Shown here: positions 1-9,811 of the stretch, piece after piece
Layout of the letters: every line of letters begins with the position of its first letter
How positions within the stretch are numbered: the stretch's first letter is position 1
From: a bacterium
Lineage (GTDB): Bacteria > Zhuqueibacterota > Zhuqueibacteria > Residuimicrobiales > Krinioviventaceae
Length of the DNA: 64,000 bases
Assembly (NCBI GenBank): GCA_963675755.2
Contig: CAXXMD010000003.1
Coordinates: 1,952,001 to 2,016,000, forward strand
Reading direction: 5' to 3'
The notes under the pieces: generated by a model
What the model was told of the DNA's origin: nothing
Seen by the model: only the letters and a program-made list of their open reading frames with translations
Databases searched by the model: none
Position numbers and translations under genes: made by a program

Positions 1-1569
1 AATAATTCCGGTGCTGCCTTCGTCCGTATACAATCCCCAGCCGCCATAACCCCACGAATCCACGTCATGGATACGATTATTACGTACAACCGTGCCGGGA
101 GAAATGCCTAGCAGATAGACGCCACCCATATCTGAAAGCATTTTTTGTCCTACATGGTGAATGTGATTGTATTCGATATGATTGTTTACGCTGACGCTTG
201 GTGTATAACCCCATACCCATCCCGCTGATATACCGGTATAATACAAATGATGTATATGGTTATGGGCAATCACATTATTATCTGCGTTCTGTAAAAAGAC
301 CCCAACACCGCTGTGATATATCTGCCCCATATGATGCAGGTGATTATCTGTAATTGTGATATTGCCGGTTCGTAATAGCGTGTCACTTTTTGCGTTACCA
401 CCGGAGAGGCGAATACCGCCAGCGCCCAGGTCAGCCAGTTCATTGTTGGTAATTTGTATTTCTCTACAACCCTCTGCCAGCTCTATACCATAGGTGCCGG
501 TGTGTCTTATAATCGAGTTTTCGAAACGAATGTTTCTCGCTCCGGTCATATAGATTGTACCTGGTACCGTATTGGCGGCTTGCAGATCTCCGGCATCATC
601 CGCGGGAAGCTGCCAGCCGGTATGCTCAAATATCAGGTTTTTGAACTGGATGTTCTCAATCCGTTTTCCGGCAGAGGGATCTCCCTCCAATCGCAGCAAT
701 TGAGAACATTGTGGTACAAACACTTTGGCACTATTCATATCTTCGCCGGGCATGGCAAGGTAGGAGAGAATGCCGGTTTTACGGTCCCAGTACCATTCAC
801 CGGGACTGTCCATGCCTTCGTAAACATTGTCAATATAGTATCGGGCACCAGAGTTGTTGTAATCATCAGTCAGTTTTCTGCGACTCGATTTTTGAAACGT
901 AACGATCCGTTCATTGTCATCAATGCTTTTTACCGGCAGGTGGGTGTCTACCCAGAAATGCAGAACCACCACTTCAATGTCCGTTATATTTTTCCAGTCA
1001 CCGCTCATATCGCCATCAGCATAGCGGAACAGGTTTGCGGGTGTATTGTAACGGGCTTTGGGATCGAGTCCTGGATTTTCCTCAATAAGGAAATGACCGG
1101 CATTGGGAGTACGCGCTCTGAATCGGCGTTCACCATTAACAAAGAGTTGACGGAAGGGGATGTCAGTTTCAACTTTGGCTTGCCACAGGTTGTTGCCTTT
1201 GAACTCCCAACCGGAAACTTGTTTTCCTCCCGAAATGACGGGGTGTTCACCGGGGTATGCTTCAATCACCAGTGAATTGCCGAAATCTTTTGGTTTAAAC
1301 AAAAGTGGGGAAGATAACTCGTATCTGCCCTGTTCTATTTTTATGATAATTTTATTATTACGGATATCGGGAGAAAGCGCTTTAACAGATTCCAGTGCAT
1401 GCTCCAGCGATTCAAAGGGTCCGTCTGATTTATCAGTGTTTGGATTTGCAATGTTTCCTGACCATGAATTGTTACCGGAAGGAGAAACATAAAAAATGAC
1501 AGGTTCAGCAGAAAAAAGAAAGGTTGTAAAGAGAATCGAAACAGTGAAAACAACTGACAGGATTTTCAT
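1..1569 (-). CDS. Secreted right-handed parallel beta-helix protein, GH141-like; 3' end runs off the window
   Basis: Not in the ORF track. ATG at 1569 with GGAG upstream. Translated by hand at both ends: MKILSVVFTVSILFTTFLFSAEPVIFYVSPSGNNSWSG...DGPFESLEHA (signal peptide plus YVSPxGN motif). In frame at the window edge: HIEYNHIHHVGQKMLSDMGGVYLLGISPGTVVRNNRIHDVDSWGYGGWGLYTDEGSTGII. Confidence 0.85.
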   Translation of the reverse strand, partial: MKILSVVFTVSILFTTFLFSAEPVIFYVSPSGNNSWSGNIANPNTDKSDGPFESLEHALESVKALSPDIRNNKIIIKIEQGRYELSSPLLFKPKDFGNSLVIEAYPGEHPVISGGKQVSGWEFKGNNLWQAKVETDIPFRQLFVNGERRFRARTPNAGHFLIEENPGLDPKARYNTPANLFRYADGDMSGDWKNITDIEVVVLHFWVDTHLPVKSIDDNERIVTFQKSSRRKLTDDYNNSGARYYIDNVYEGMDSPGEWYWDRKTGILSYLAMPGEDMNSAKVFVPQCSQLLRLEGDPSAGKRIENIQFKNLIFEHTGWQLPADDAGDLQAANTVPGTIYMTGARNIRFENSIIRHTGTYGIELAEGCREIQITNNELADLGAGGIRLSGGNAKSDTLLRTGNITITDNHLHHMGQIYHSGVGVFLQNADNNVIAHNHIHHLYYTGISAGWVWGYTPSVSVNNHIEYNHIHHVGQKMLSDMGGVYLLGISPGTVVRNNRIHDVDSWGYGGWGLYTDEGSTGII

Positions 1570-1833
1570 TGATATCTCCCGATTTGTTAGAGTTTAAATA
1601 TATTCGCTGAACATGAAAATGGGAAATTCTGCTTTAAAAGTCAAGATTGAATAAAGTGTAAAAATGTGTAAATTTCTTCTTGTTTTTAGCCTGTTTTTCC
1701 GAAATTTAAAGTAATTATGATGATTTCCCTTGACATCATGGTATATATTTTGCATAATATACAATACCAATTAAAATAAAATTTGTTTTTATTTTTGACT
1801 GGTTATTAATAATAAACCGGGTGGGAAGAGTAT

Positions 1834-4800
1834 TTGAATTTAAATTCTGCAATAATTTATGTTGACCTTCAAGGTATTGTTTTTAAAGCAGGTAGGGATG
1901 CTTTAAAAATTTTGAAAATATCAGAATCTGATTTTATAGGAAAGCGAATATCTGATTATATTCCTGAATTAAGTGAGGAATTATCCGAGATTTATAGTAA
2001 TTATGAAACAGGGAAAAAATGTAAGATTTTAAATCCTTTACTACCACATGCAACATTATCTTTATCAAATGTTCAGATTTTACCACTTTATGATACACAA
2101 AAATTGACTGGATTTTTAGTCACTTTGGATAAATTGAAAAAACAAAATGATTTAAATCCGCACTTTCTGAATGTAGATTGTGATAGCTTTTATGAAAATT
2201 CACCTTTATCATATCAATCATTAGATATTAATGGTAATATTTTAAATATAAATTCAAGCTGGTGCTCGAATCTGGGATATAGCAGAGATAATGTCATTGG
2301 CAAGGGATTTGGTGATTTTTTTGATCCCAAAGATAAACCGATTTTTGATAATATCTTAAAAAAGATAAAAGAACAGGGGTATTTAGAGAACCAGGAATTT
2401 CGATTGGTAAAAAAAGATGGTACTTTAATAAATATTTCTTTTGACGGCAAGTTGAGTACAACTCTGGAAGGTGTATTTAAAAAGATATGTTGTGTTTTTA
2501 AAGATGTATCTAATGCAAGTCAGACCATAGATACTTTGAGTATAAGCAAGAAACATCTGCTTAATATTTCTTCATTGACCACTGATTATGCCTATTCCAT
2601 TCTTTTAAAAGGTAAAGGGGACTTTGATGTAGAATGGGAATATGGATCATTTGAAAAACTGGCAGGCTTTTCATTTTCAGAACTCTATAGTAAAAGGGAT
2701 TACCAAAAAAAATTCCATCCGGATGATATTCCTCAGGTACATGAAACATTTGAAACTATTATGCAGGGTAAAAAGGTCTCTTTAGAGTGCAGGATTATTA
2801 CTCAAGATGGTGAAGTAAAGTGGATGCAGTTTATTGGAGTACCCGAGTGGGATGATGAGAAAGCAACTTTGATTCGAATTTTTGGAACAGTCAAAGAAAT
2901 TACCAATCAAAAAGAAACAGATCTGGCACTTCAAAACAGTGAAAAACAATATCGCCAGTTATTTGAACATATGAATTCAGCGTTTGCTTTGCATAAAATT
3001 GTTACCGATGAAAAGGGGAAACCTGTTGATTATATTTTTCTGGAAGTGAATCCTAAATTTGAAGAAATTACCGGTTTAAAGGCCAGGGATATTGTTGGAA
3101 AGCGCGTACTGGAGGTTTTACCACAGACTGAAGCCTCGTGGATTGAAAAATATGGCAAGGTTGCACTTTCCGGAGAATCTTTGTTTTTTACAAATTACGC
3201 TAAAGAGCTGGACCGTTATTATGAAGTACAGGCATACTCTACGGAAAAAGGCTTTTTTGCGACAACTTTTTTAGATATTTCCGAACGAATTCATAATGAA
3301 AATGAATTAAAAGAACGTGAAGAGCGATTTAGACAATTGTTTAATAATATCTCTGGCGGTGTCGCAATATATAAAGCAGTTGATGAGGGTGAGGATTTTA
3401 TCGTTGTCGATATAAACCACGCCGGGCAGGAATTGAGTCAGGTTAAACTTGAACAAATTCAAAATAAAAGAATTACCGAGGTGTTTCCGGGCGTAAAGGA
3501 TTTTGGTTTGTTCAAGGTCATGCAACGCGTTTGGAAAACCGGTCAGGCTGAGTTTTTGCCTTTAAAACAATACAAAGATACCCGTATACAGGAATGGGTT
3601 GAAAATTATGTTTTTAAACTTCCGTCCGGTCTCATTGTTGCCTTGTATGAAGATACCAGTGAGCAAAGAAGATCAGAGCAGGCATTAACGGATGCTGAAA
3701 AAAAATATAGAACCGTAGCTGAATATACATTTGACTGGGAATTCTGGACAGATAATAAAGGGAGAAATCAGTATGTCTCTCCATCTTGTGAACGCATATC
3801 CGGTTATAGTGCTAAAGAGTATGTTGAAAATCCTGATTTGTTGTTCCAGATCATTCTGCCGGAAGACCGACATTTTTGGCATGAACATCTGGCTGCATTA
3901 AAATCAGATAAAACCAGCCATCCTTTGATTCAGTTCAGAATAAAAAAGAAAACCGGGGAAATTGTTTGGATTGAACATTCTTGTCAGCTTGTCTTTGATA
4001 AAGATGGAAATTCACTTGGGCATCGCGGCAGCAATAGAGATATTACAGACCGGAAGAAGCAGGGGGAATTGGTAAAAAAACAAGGGGAAAGACTTGAAAG
4101 TCTTTTCAGAATATCTCAAAAACGAACGGATTCATATCAGGAATTATTAGATTATGCGTTAAAAGAAGCTATTGTGCTAACGGAAAGCAAAATCGGTTAT
4201 ATTTATTTTTATAGTGAAGAGAAAGAACAGTTTGAACTTCATTCGTGGTCTGATGATGCTATGAAAGAATGCCAGGTTATGGATGCACAAACTGTATATA
4301 ATTTAAATGCAACCGGATGTTGGGGGGAGGCAGTAAGGCAACGTAAAGCCTTTATTGTGAATGAATATTCAACAAAGAATCCTTATGTTAGAGGAATTCC
4401 TGACGGCCATGTCAGGCTGGAAAAGTTTTTGACTGTTCCGGTTTTTTCAGATGATGAGATTGTAGCTGTTGTTGGTGTTGCCAATAAAAAACAGGACTAT
4501 GACCAACAGGATATTGATCAGCTAACCTTGTTAATGGACAGTGTTTGGAGTATTGTAGCCCGTCAAAAGGCATTTATAGAGATTCAATCTGCCAAAGTCC
4601 TTGCAGAAAAGGCAAACAGGGCCAAGAGTGATTTTCTTGCCAATATGAGCCATGAATTGAGAACACCTATGAATGGTATATTGGGAATGATGTCTCTGAT
4701 TGATGATGATTCTATTGATCCGCGACAGCTTGCATTTATTAACATGGCAAGAGAGTCTGCAAATCATTTACTGTATCTGATAGAAGATATGCTCGAGTTG

Positions 4801-5721
4801 TCTCGAATTGATATTGGAAAAATTACCCTCCGTTCCGAGAAATTTAATATTGTTGAACTGGTTTCTGATCTTTTAAGTACATTAAAGATCAGAGCAGAAG
4901 AAAAGGGATTGTCTTTTGTTTTTGAATATTCAAAGACAAATATAGAATATTTTGGAGACAGGCACCGAATTACCCAGATTTTGGTGAATTTGTTGACCAA
5001 TGCGATTAAGTACTCGCAAAAGGGAACAATATATATCAAGATAATGCTTGAAAAAAATCTGATTATAAGTGTTAGAGACGAGGGGATTGGTATTCCGGCA
5101 AACAGGATAGACGAGATCTTTGAACCGTTTCACCAACTTGAAGACCCATACACCAAAGAACATGGTGGAATAGGTGCCGGCCTTGCTATCGTTAAAAATT
5201 TGTTAGATCTTTTAGGGGGTTCAATATCGGTGCATTCATTTGTTAATGAAGGATCAGAGTTTGTTATTTCGCTTCCAATTCAAAAAACACCCGTACTCAA
5301 GACCGAGAAGCAGAAAACCAGTGTTAAAAACAAAAAAGATAATAAAATTAAGAAACTTACAATTCTGGTGGTTGAAGACGAAGCAATTAATCGTATCTAT
5401 GTTCGGTCAATATTAGAAAACAGCAAGTTTAATGTATTGGAAGCCGGGAATGGTTTGGAAGCTGTTGATATGGTTAAACGTCATAAACCGGATTGTGTAT
5501 TGATGGATATTGGTTTGCCTGTTTTAAATGGAATTGAAGCTACAAAACAGATCAAAGAAAATCCCAATTGTAAAGAAATACCTGTCATTGCAGTTACTGC
5601 TCATGCGCTTCATGAAGATCGTGAGCGAATTTACAGATCTGGGGTTTCAAATGTAGTGGTTAAACCCTACGCAGAAAAGAGTCTAATTGATGCGATACAT
5701 GCGGTAACTCAGATGGTTTAG
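1834..5721 (+). CDS. Cytoplasmic hybrid sensor histidine kinase (multiple PAS/PAC, GAF, HisKA, HATPase, REC)
   Basis: H-box FLANMSHELRTPMNG, N-box NLLTNAIKY, G-boxes DEGIGI and GIGAGLAI, C-terminal receiver (VVEDE...LMDIGLP...KP), several PAS repeats and a GAF domain (CWGEAVRQRK...FLTVPV). TTG start is uncertain. Confidence 0.93.
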   Translation: MNLNSAIIYVDLQGIVFKAGRDALKILKISESDFIGKRISDYIPELSEELSEIYSNYETGKKCKILNPLLPHATLSLSNVQILPLYDTQKLTGFLVTLDKLKKQNDLNPHFLNVDCDSFYENSPLSYQSLDINGNILNINSSWCSNLGYSRDNVIGKGFGDFFDPKDKPIFDNILKKIKEQGYLENQEFRLVKKDGTLINISFDGKLSTTLEGVFKKICCVFKDVSNASQTIDTLSISKKHLLNISSLTTDYAYSILLKGKGDFDVEWEYGSFEKLAGFSFSELYSKRDYQKKFHPDDIPQVHETFETIMQGKKVSLECRIITQDGEVKWMQFIGVPEWDDEKATLIRIFGTVKEITNQKETDLALQNSEKQYRQLFEHMNSAFALHKIVTDEKGKPVDYIFLEVNPKFEEITGLKARDIVGKRVLEVLPQTEASWIEKYGKVALSGESLFFTNYAKELDRYYEVQAYSTEKGFFATTFLDISERIHNENELKEREERFRQLFNNISGGVAIYKAVDEGEDFIVVDINHAGQELSQVKLEQIQNKRITEVFPGVKDFGLFKVMQRVWKTGQAEFLPLKQYKDTRIQEWVENYVFKLPSGLIVALYEDTSEQRRSEQALTDAEKKYRTVAEYTFDWEFWTDNKGRNQYVSPSCERISGYSAKEYVENPDLLFQIILPEDRHFWHEHLAALKSDKTSHPLIQFRIKKKTGEIVWIEHSCQLVFDKDGNSLGHRGSNRDITDRKKQGELVKKQGERLESLFRISQKRTDSYQELLDYALKEAIVLTESKIGYIYFYSEEKEQFELHSWSDDAMKECQVMDAQTVYNLNATGCWGEAVRQRKAFIVNEYSTKNPYVRGIPDGHVRLEKFLTVPVFSDDEIVAVVGVANKKQDYDQQDIDQLTLLMDSVWSIVARQKAFIEIQSAKVLAEKANRAKSDFLANMSHELRTPMNGILGMMSLIDDDSIDPRQLAFINMARESANHLLYLIEDMLELSRIDIGKITLRSEKFNIVELVSDLLSTLKIRAEEKGLSFVFEYSKTNIEYFGDRHRITQILVNLLTNAIKYSQKGTIYIKIMLEKNLIISVRDEGIGIPANRIDEIFEPFHQLEDPYTKEHGGIGAGLAIVKNLLDLLGGSISVHSFVNEGSEFVISLPIQKTPVLKTEKQKTSVKNKKDNKIKKLTILVVEDEAINRIYVRSILENSKFNVLEAGNGLEAVDMVKRHKPDCVLMDIGLPVLNGIEATKQIKENPNCKEIPVIAVTAHALHEDRERIYRSGVSNVVVKPYAEKSLIDAIHAVTQMV

Positions 5722-5727
5722 TTCTGG

Positions 5728-7173
5728 CTAACCTTTAATCACTCCCAAGGGTTTTAATCTTGCAACAATTGCAGACAAACCCGCCCCTTCAACTGCACCC
5801 ACTACATCAGATACATTTTTATATGCTTCGGGCATTTCTTCTGCAAGTGTACCTTTTGATGATGCCATTACCCAAATTCCCTTGTCCTCAAGCTCTCTGT
5901 GAATAGAACGCCCCTGTGCCTTTTGCATGGCTTTTTTACGACTCAACATTCTGCCCGCCCCATGACAGGTTGAACCAAAAGTCTCCTGCATGGCCTGTTC
6001 TGTACCCGCCAGAACATAAGAGTAACGCCCCATGTCTCCGGGAATCAGAACCGGTTGACCAATTTTACGATACGCTTCAGGAATGGAAGCCTGGTTTGGG
6101 CCGAAAGCCCGTGTTGCGCCCTTGCGATGTACACATACCGGTTTTTGTTTTCCAGCTACTGAATGGGTTTCTATTTTGGCAATATTGTGTGCAACTTCAT
6201 AGACGACCTGTAAATTGATGGATTTACTACTGCCGCGTAATCCTTTTTTTAATGCTTCACGGGTCCAGTGGGTGATCAATTGACGGTTGGCAAAACCAAA
6301 ATTTACACCGCAAGCCATGGCTGCAAGATATTGCTGCCCTTCTGCGGATTTTACCGGAGCACAGCATAACTGGCGGTCAGGGAGGTATATACCGTATTTT
6401 TCTGAAGCTTTGAGCATAACTTTGATAAAGTCATCACAAATCTGGTGACCCAGACCGCGTGATCCGGTATGGATGATTACGGTTATCTGGTCTTTGTGCA
6501 GTCCCATTACGGCAGCTTTTTGTTCGTCAAAAATTTGTTCCACATAACCCACTTCAACAAAGTGGTTGCCCGAACCCAAAGTCCCCAATTGCGCTTTACC
6601 GCGATTCAATGCGTGTTCGCTTACAAACTCTGGTTCAGCACCCGGCATTTTACCGTTTTCTTCAATCTTGTCCAGATCGGCTGTTTCGCCAAATCCATTT
6701 TCAACAGCCCAGTGTGCTCCCTGTTTCAGTACCCGCAATTCTTCTTTGCGGGCCAGATTGATCTGCCCTTTAGAGCCTACACCACTGGGAATACTGTGAA
6801 ACAGCGCGGTAACAATATCTCTTATGTTATCTCTTACATCATTTTTATCGAGATTGGATCTCAGCAATCTTACGCCGCAATTGATATCGTAACCCACTCC
6901 ACCGGGAGAAACAATTCCATTATCCATATCAAAGGCGGCGACTCCACCAATGGGAAAGCCATAGCCCCAGTGCATATCCGGCATGGCATAGGAATAGTTG
7001 ATAATACCGGGCAGGCAGGCAACATTGGCAGCCTGTTGCGGAGCATTATCATTAACCATATCCTTAAGCATGGATTCACTGGCGTAAATCCGTGCAGGAA
7101 CATTCATTTTTCCGGTTTTGGGGATTTCGTACAAGAAATTATGGATTTTTTGAAAATTTTCAGTCATGATCAA
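5728..7173 (-). CDS. rtcB: RNA-splicing/repair ligase RtcB (archaeal/eukaryote-like long form)
   Basis: PDMHWGYGFPIGG, GYDINCGVRL, GSGNHF, HTGSRG, AHN and TCHGAGR metal-binding and guanylylation motifs; 481 aa. Confidence 0.97.
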   Translation of the reverse strand: MIMTENFQKIHNFLYEIPKTGKMNVPARIYASESMLKDMVNDNAPQQAANVACLPGIINYSYAMPDMHWGYGFPIGGVAAFDMDNGIVSPGGVGYDINCGVRLLRSNLDKNDVRDNIRDIVTALFHSIPSGVGSKGQINLARKEELRVLKQGAHWAVENGFGETADLDKIEENGKMPGAEPEFVSEHALNRGKAQLGTLGSGNHFVEVGYVEQIFDEQKAAVMGLHKDQITVIIHTGSRGLGHQICDDFIKVMLKASEKYGIYLPDRQLCCAPVKSAEGQQYLAAMACGVNFGFANRQLITHWTREALKKGLRGSSKSINLQVVYEVAHNIAKIETHSVAGKQKPVCVHRKGATRAFGPNQASIPEAYRKIGQPVLIPGDMGRYSYVLAGTEQAMQETFGSTCHGAGRMLSRKKAMQKAQGRSIHRELEDKGIWVMASSKGTLAEEMPEAYKNVSDVVGAVEGAGLSAIVARLKPLGVIKG

Positions 7174-7589
7174 ATATCAAAAATTATACGTGCCTGCCAT
7201 GAACCGTTTACCGGTTTGACATAGATATCGTGATACGTAACCGCTTTGATTTCCATATGAATTTCGTGACGAGAACAGTCGAGCGATTCTCCACTGACGT
7301 TTGCGGAAAGAACATTGTTGCTGAAATGAATATCAGCTATACTGCCCAGTAAAAAAGATTCGGTCTGAAATAAATAATTCAATTCAGATAACCAGTTGAC
7401 CATCATTTGCTCAAGATCGTCTGATTGAAAAGAAATGGTTTTGGTGATCTCGGGTTTTTCAACTTTTTGCGGACAAATCATGTGAAACATGGATTTTGCC
7501 GCTGTTATGAAAACCTGTTCAAGTGTGTCTGCTGTGACAACTATGCCGGTGTCACCTGTGTGGTCGATGTATTCTACTATTGATATCAT
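7170..7589 (-). CDS. Archease (RtcB activator)
   Basis: DHTGD, IKAVTYH and C-terminal FDI; 139 aa; 4-nt overlap with the rtcB start. Confidence 0.95.
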   Translation of the reverse strand: MISIVEYIDHTGDTGIVVTADTLEQVFITAAKSMFHMICPQKVEKPEITKTISFQSDDLEQMMVNWLSELNYLFQTESFLLGSIADIHFSNNVLSANVSGESLDCSRHEIHMEIKAVTYHDIYVKPVNGSWQARIIFDI

Positions 7590-7603
7590 TTTTCATTAGT
7601 TAA

Positions 7604-7631
7604 TATTGCCGGCCTTTACAGACCGGCAATA
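7604..7631 (-). terminator. Stem-loop between gpmI and archease (terminator or processing site)
   Basis: Minus strand tattgccggtct-gtaa-aggccggcaata: 12-bp stem with one GU pair and a GNRA loop. No strong U-tract. Confidence 0.5.
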
Positions 7632-7656
7632 GACGGTATCAACTAAATCCATTAGT

Positions 7657-9285
7657 TTATTTGAATTCGATTAAAGATTCCTCATAATCCTCTACCTTTT
7701 CAAAACCCAAAAGATTGAGGAGTGTTGACGCTATATTCGCCAGTCCTGCGCCCTCTACATTGGCCATGCCATATTCATTATTATATGCATAATCACAAAT
7801 GATAAAGGGAACGGGATTCAATGTATGCGCGGTCTTGGGTGTACGTTTACCATTCTTTTCAGTAAACATTTCATCAGAATTGCCATGGTCGGCAGTGATG
7901 ATTGCAATGCCATTCAGTTCTTTAACTACTGCCAGCAGTTTGCCTACACATTCGTCAACGGTTTCCATTGCAATGATAGCAGCATCAATAATACCACTGT
8001 GACCTACCATATCTCCGTTTGCAAAGTTGATACGGCCAAACTGGTACTTGCCGGATTTTAACAATTCTATGGATTTCTCTGTAATCTCGATTGCTTTCAT
8101 CTTGGGTGCTTTGTCAAAAGCGATCTTGTCTGATGGAATTTCAACATAGGTTTCAAGATCTTTGTTAATATAACCAGAGCGGTTACCGTTCCAGAAATAG
8201 GTAACATGACCGAATTTTTGGGTTTCGGAAATGGCAAAGCTGGTTACTCCTGCATCACAAAGGTATTCAGAGACGGTCCTGTCGATCTGGGGTGGTGCTA
8301 CGATATAGTTTTTAGGAATGTGCAGATCACCATCGTATTCCATCATGCCCGCGTAATAGACATCCGGGATTGGGCCGCGATCAAAGGTGTCCAGATCGGG
8401 CTCATCAAACGCGCGTGATAATTCGATTGCACGGTCACCGCGGAAATTGAAATTCAGTACGCTGTCACCATCTTCAATCTTGCCAATGGGTTCATCATTA
8501 TCATCCACAACTACAAACTGACCCATATACTGATCTGTCATGCTTGGATCTTCATCATAAAATGCCTGAACCGCTTCTTCAGCAGATTTAAATTTACGGG
8601 CCTCACCCTTAACGTGGGCGTCCCAACCGCGTTTTACTACATCCCAGTCTGCATTGTAACGATCCATGGTGGTAACCATGCGGCCGCCGCCTGAGCCAAA
8701 GTTGTAATCAAACCCTTTTTCTTTTGAAATACTGTCCAGCAATTCCTGTGTAGGACGGATATAATCCAGTGCAGAGCGTTCACCTACATCGCGTCCGTCG
8801 AGTAATGCATGTACCCTGACTTTGTTCACATTGTTATCTGCCAGGTTTTTGATCAGCGCGAACATGTGATCAATATGCGAATGCACATTACCGTCTGAGA
8901 GCAGGCCAACAAAATGTACCGTGCCGCCTTCTTGTCCGCGTTTGACGATTGAAGTCCATGCATCGGATTTGAAAATATCACCGGTTTTGATTGAATTGTC
9001 TACCAGTTTAGCGCCTTGTGCAAAAACACGTCCTGCACCAATGGCATTGTGGCCTACTTCACTGTTGCCCATGTCGTCGTCTGAAGGAAGACCAACAGCG
9101 GGTCCGTGGGCTTTGAGCTGGGTCATTAAATCACTTTTCATCAGTTCATCAAGTATTGGTGTTTTAGCCATATAAACCGCGTTACCTTCATATTCTTTAC
9201 CAATACCAACGCCATCCAATATCATTAACAATACCGGACCTTTTCTTCCGGCAAAGTTTTCAAGTTTATTTAATTCTAGTGTCAT
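7657..9285 (-). CDS. gpmI: 2,3-bisphosphoglycerate-independent phosphoglycerate mutase
   Basis: ILDGVG, MGNSEVGH, SDGNVHSH, NFRGDRA, NGDMVGHSG, TADHGNS, TAHTLNPVP. Confidence 0.97.
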   Translation of the reverse strand: MTLELNKLENFAGRKGPVLLMILDGVGIGKEYEGNAVYMAKTPILDELMKSDLMTQLKAHGPAVGLPSDDDMGNSEVGHNAIGAGRVFAQGAKLVDNSIKTGDIFKSDAWTSIVKRGQEGGTVHFVGLLSDGNVHSHIDHMFALIKNLADNNVNKVRVHALLDGRDVGERSALDYIRPTQELLDSISKEKGFDYNFGSGGGRMVTTMDRYNADWDVVKRGWDAHVKGEARKFKSAEEAVQAFYDEDPSMTDQYMGQFVVVDDNDEPIGKIEDGDSVLNFNFRGDRAIELSRAFDEPDLDTFDRGPIPDVYYAGMMEYDGDLHIPKNYIVAPPQIDRTVSEYLCDAGVTSFAISETQKFGHVTYFWNGNRSGYINKDLETYVEIPSDKIAFDKAPKMKAIEITEKSIELLKSGKYQFGRINFANGDMVGHSGIIDAAIIAMETVDECVGKLLAVVKELNGIAIITADHGNSDEMFTEKNGKRTPKTAHTLNPVPFIICDYAYNNEYGMANVEGAGLANIASTLLNLLGFEKVEDYEESLIEFK

Positions 9286-9811
9286 AATATGAGCCTCGTA
9301 AAATATGGTCTAATGTATTAACGTCAAATTTATGAAAATTGAGGTACAAACCCAAGTAAAATATTAAATGGAATTGTCAATTTCAATATAAAGCACAAGT
9401 ATAATTTGAATCATGAATGATTTGGTGTAAATTGAAAAAGAGTAATGTCAAATATTCAAAAAATTATTTTGTTTGCACATTGTTGAAATTTTACGAAAAT
9501 AGATTAATTTTTAAAGAAATTGTTTGGTCTTTTTAAGTAAATTGCATATGTTTAATAGTATACGTTGCGTTAGTAATGCATCGACCGGGAGGGGTTTTAC
9601 ACTAGACTCTAGATAGTTTCAAGTGTGACAAGTTACTAATTCTGCAAAAAAGGGGTACATCTTATTCTCATGTGTTATAAATAAAATATAGTTTACATCG
9701 GCTTAAATCTGATTATATTTATATCTAATCAGTAGATGTTGACACCTGCTTGTACGAGCCAGGATTGTTGGTTCGTAATTTATACTCATTTATTACAGTT
9801 GAGGTGTTATA

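Noticed and set aside
454-1275. 273-aa plus-strand ORF
   Set aside because: Antisense shadow of the motif-bearing beta-helix gene on the minus strand.
6469-7224. 251-aa plus-strand ORF
   Set aside because: Antisense shadow of rtcB with no recognisable motifs.
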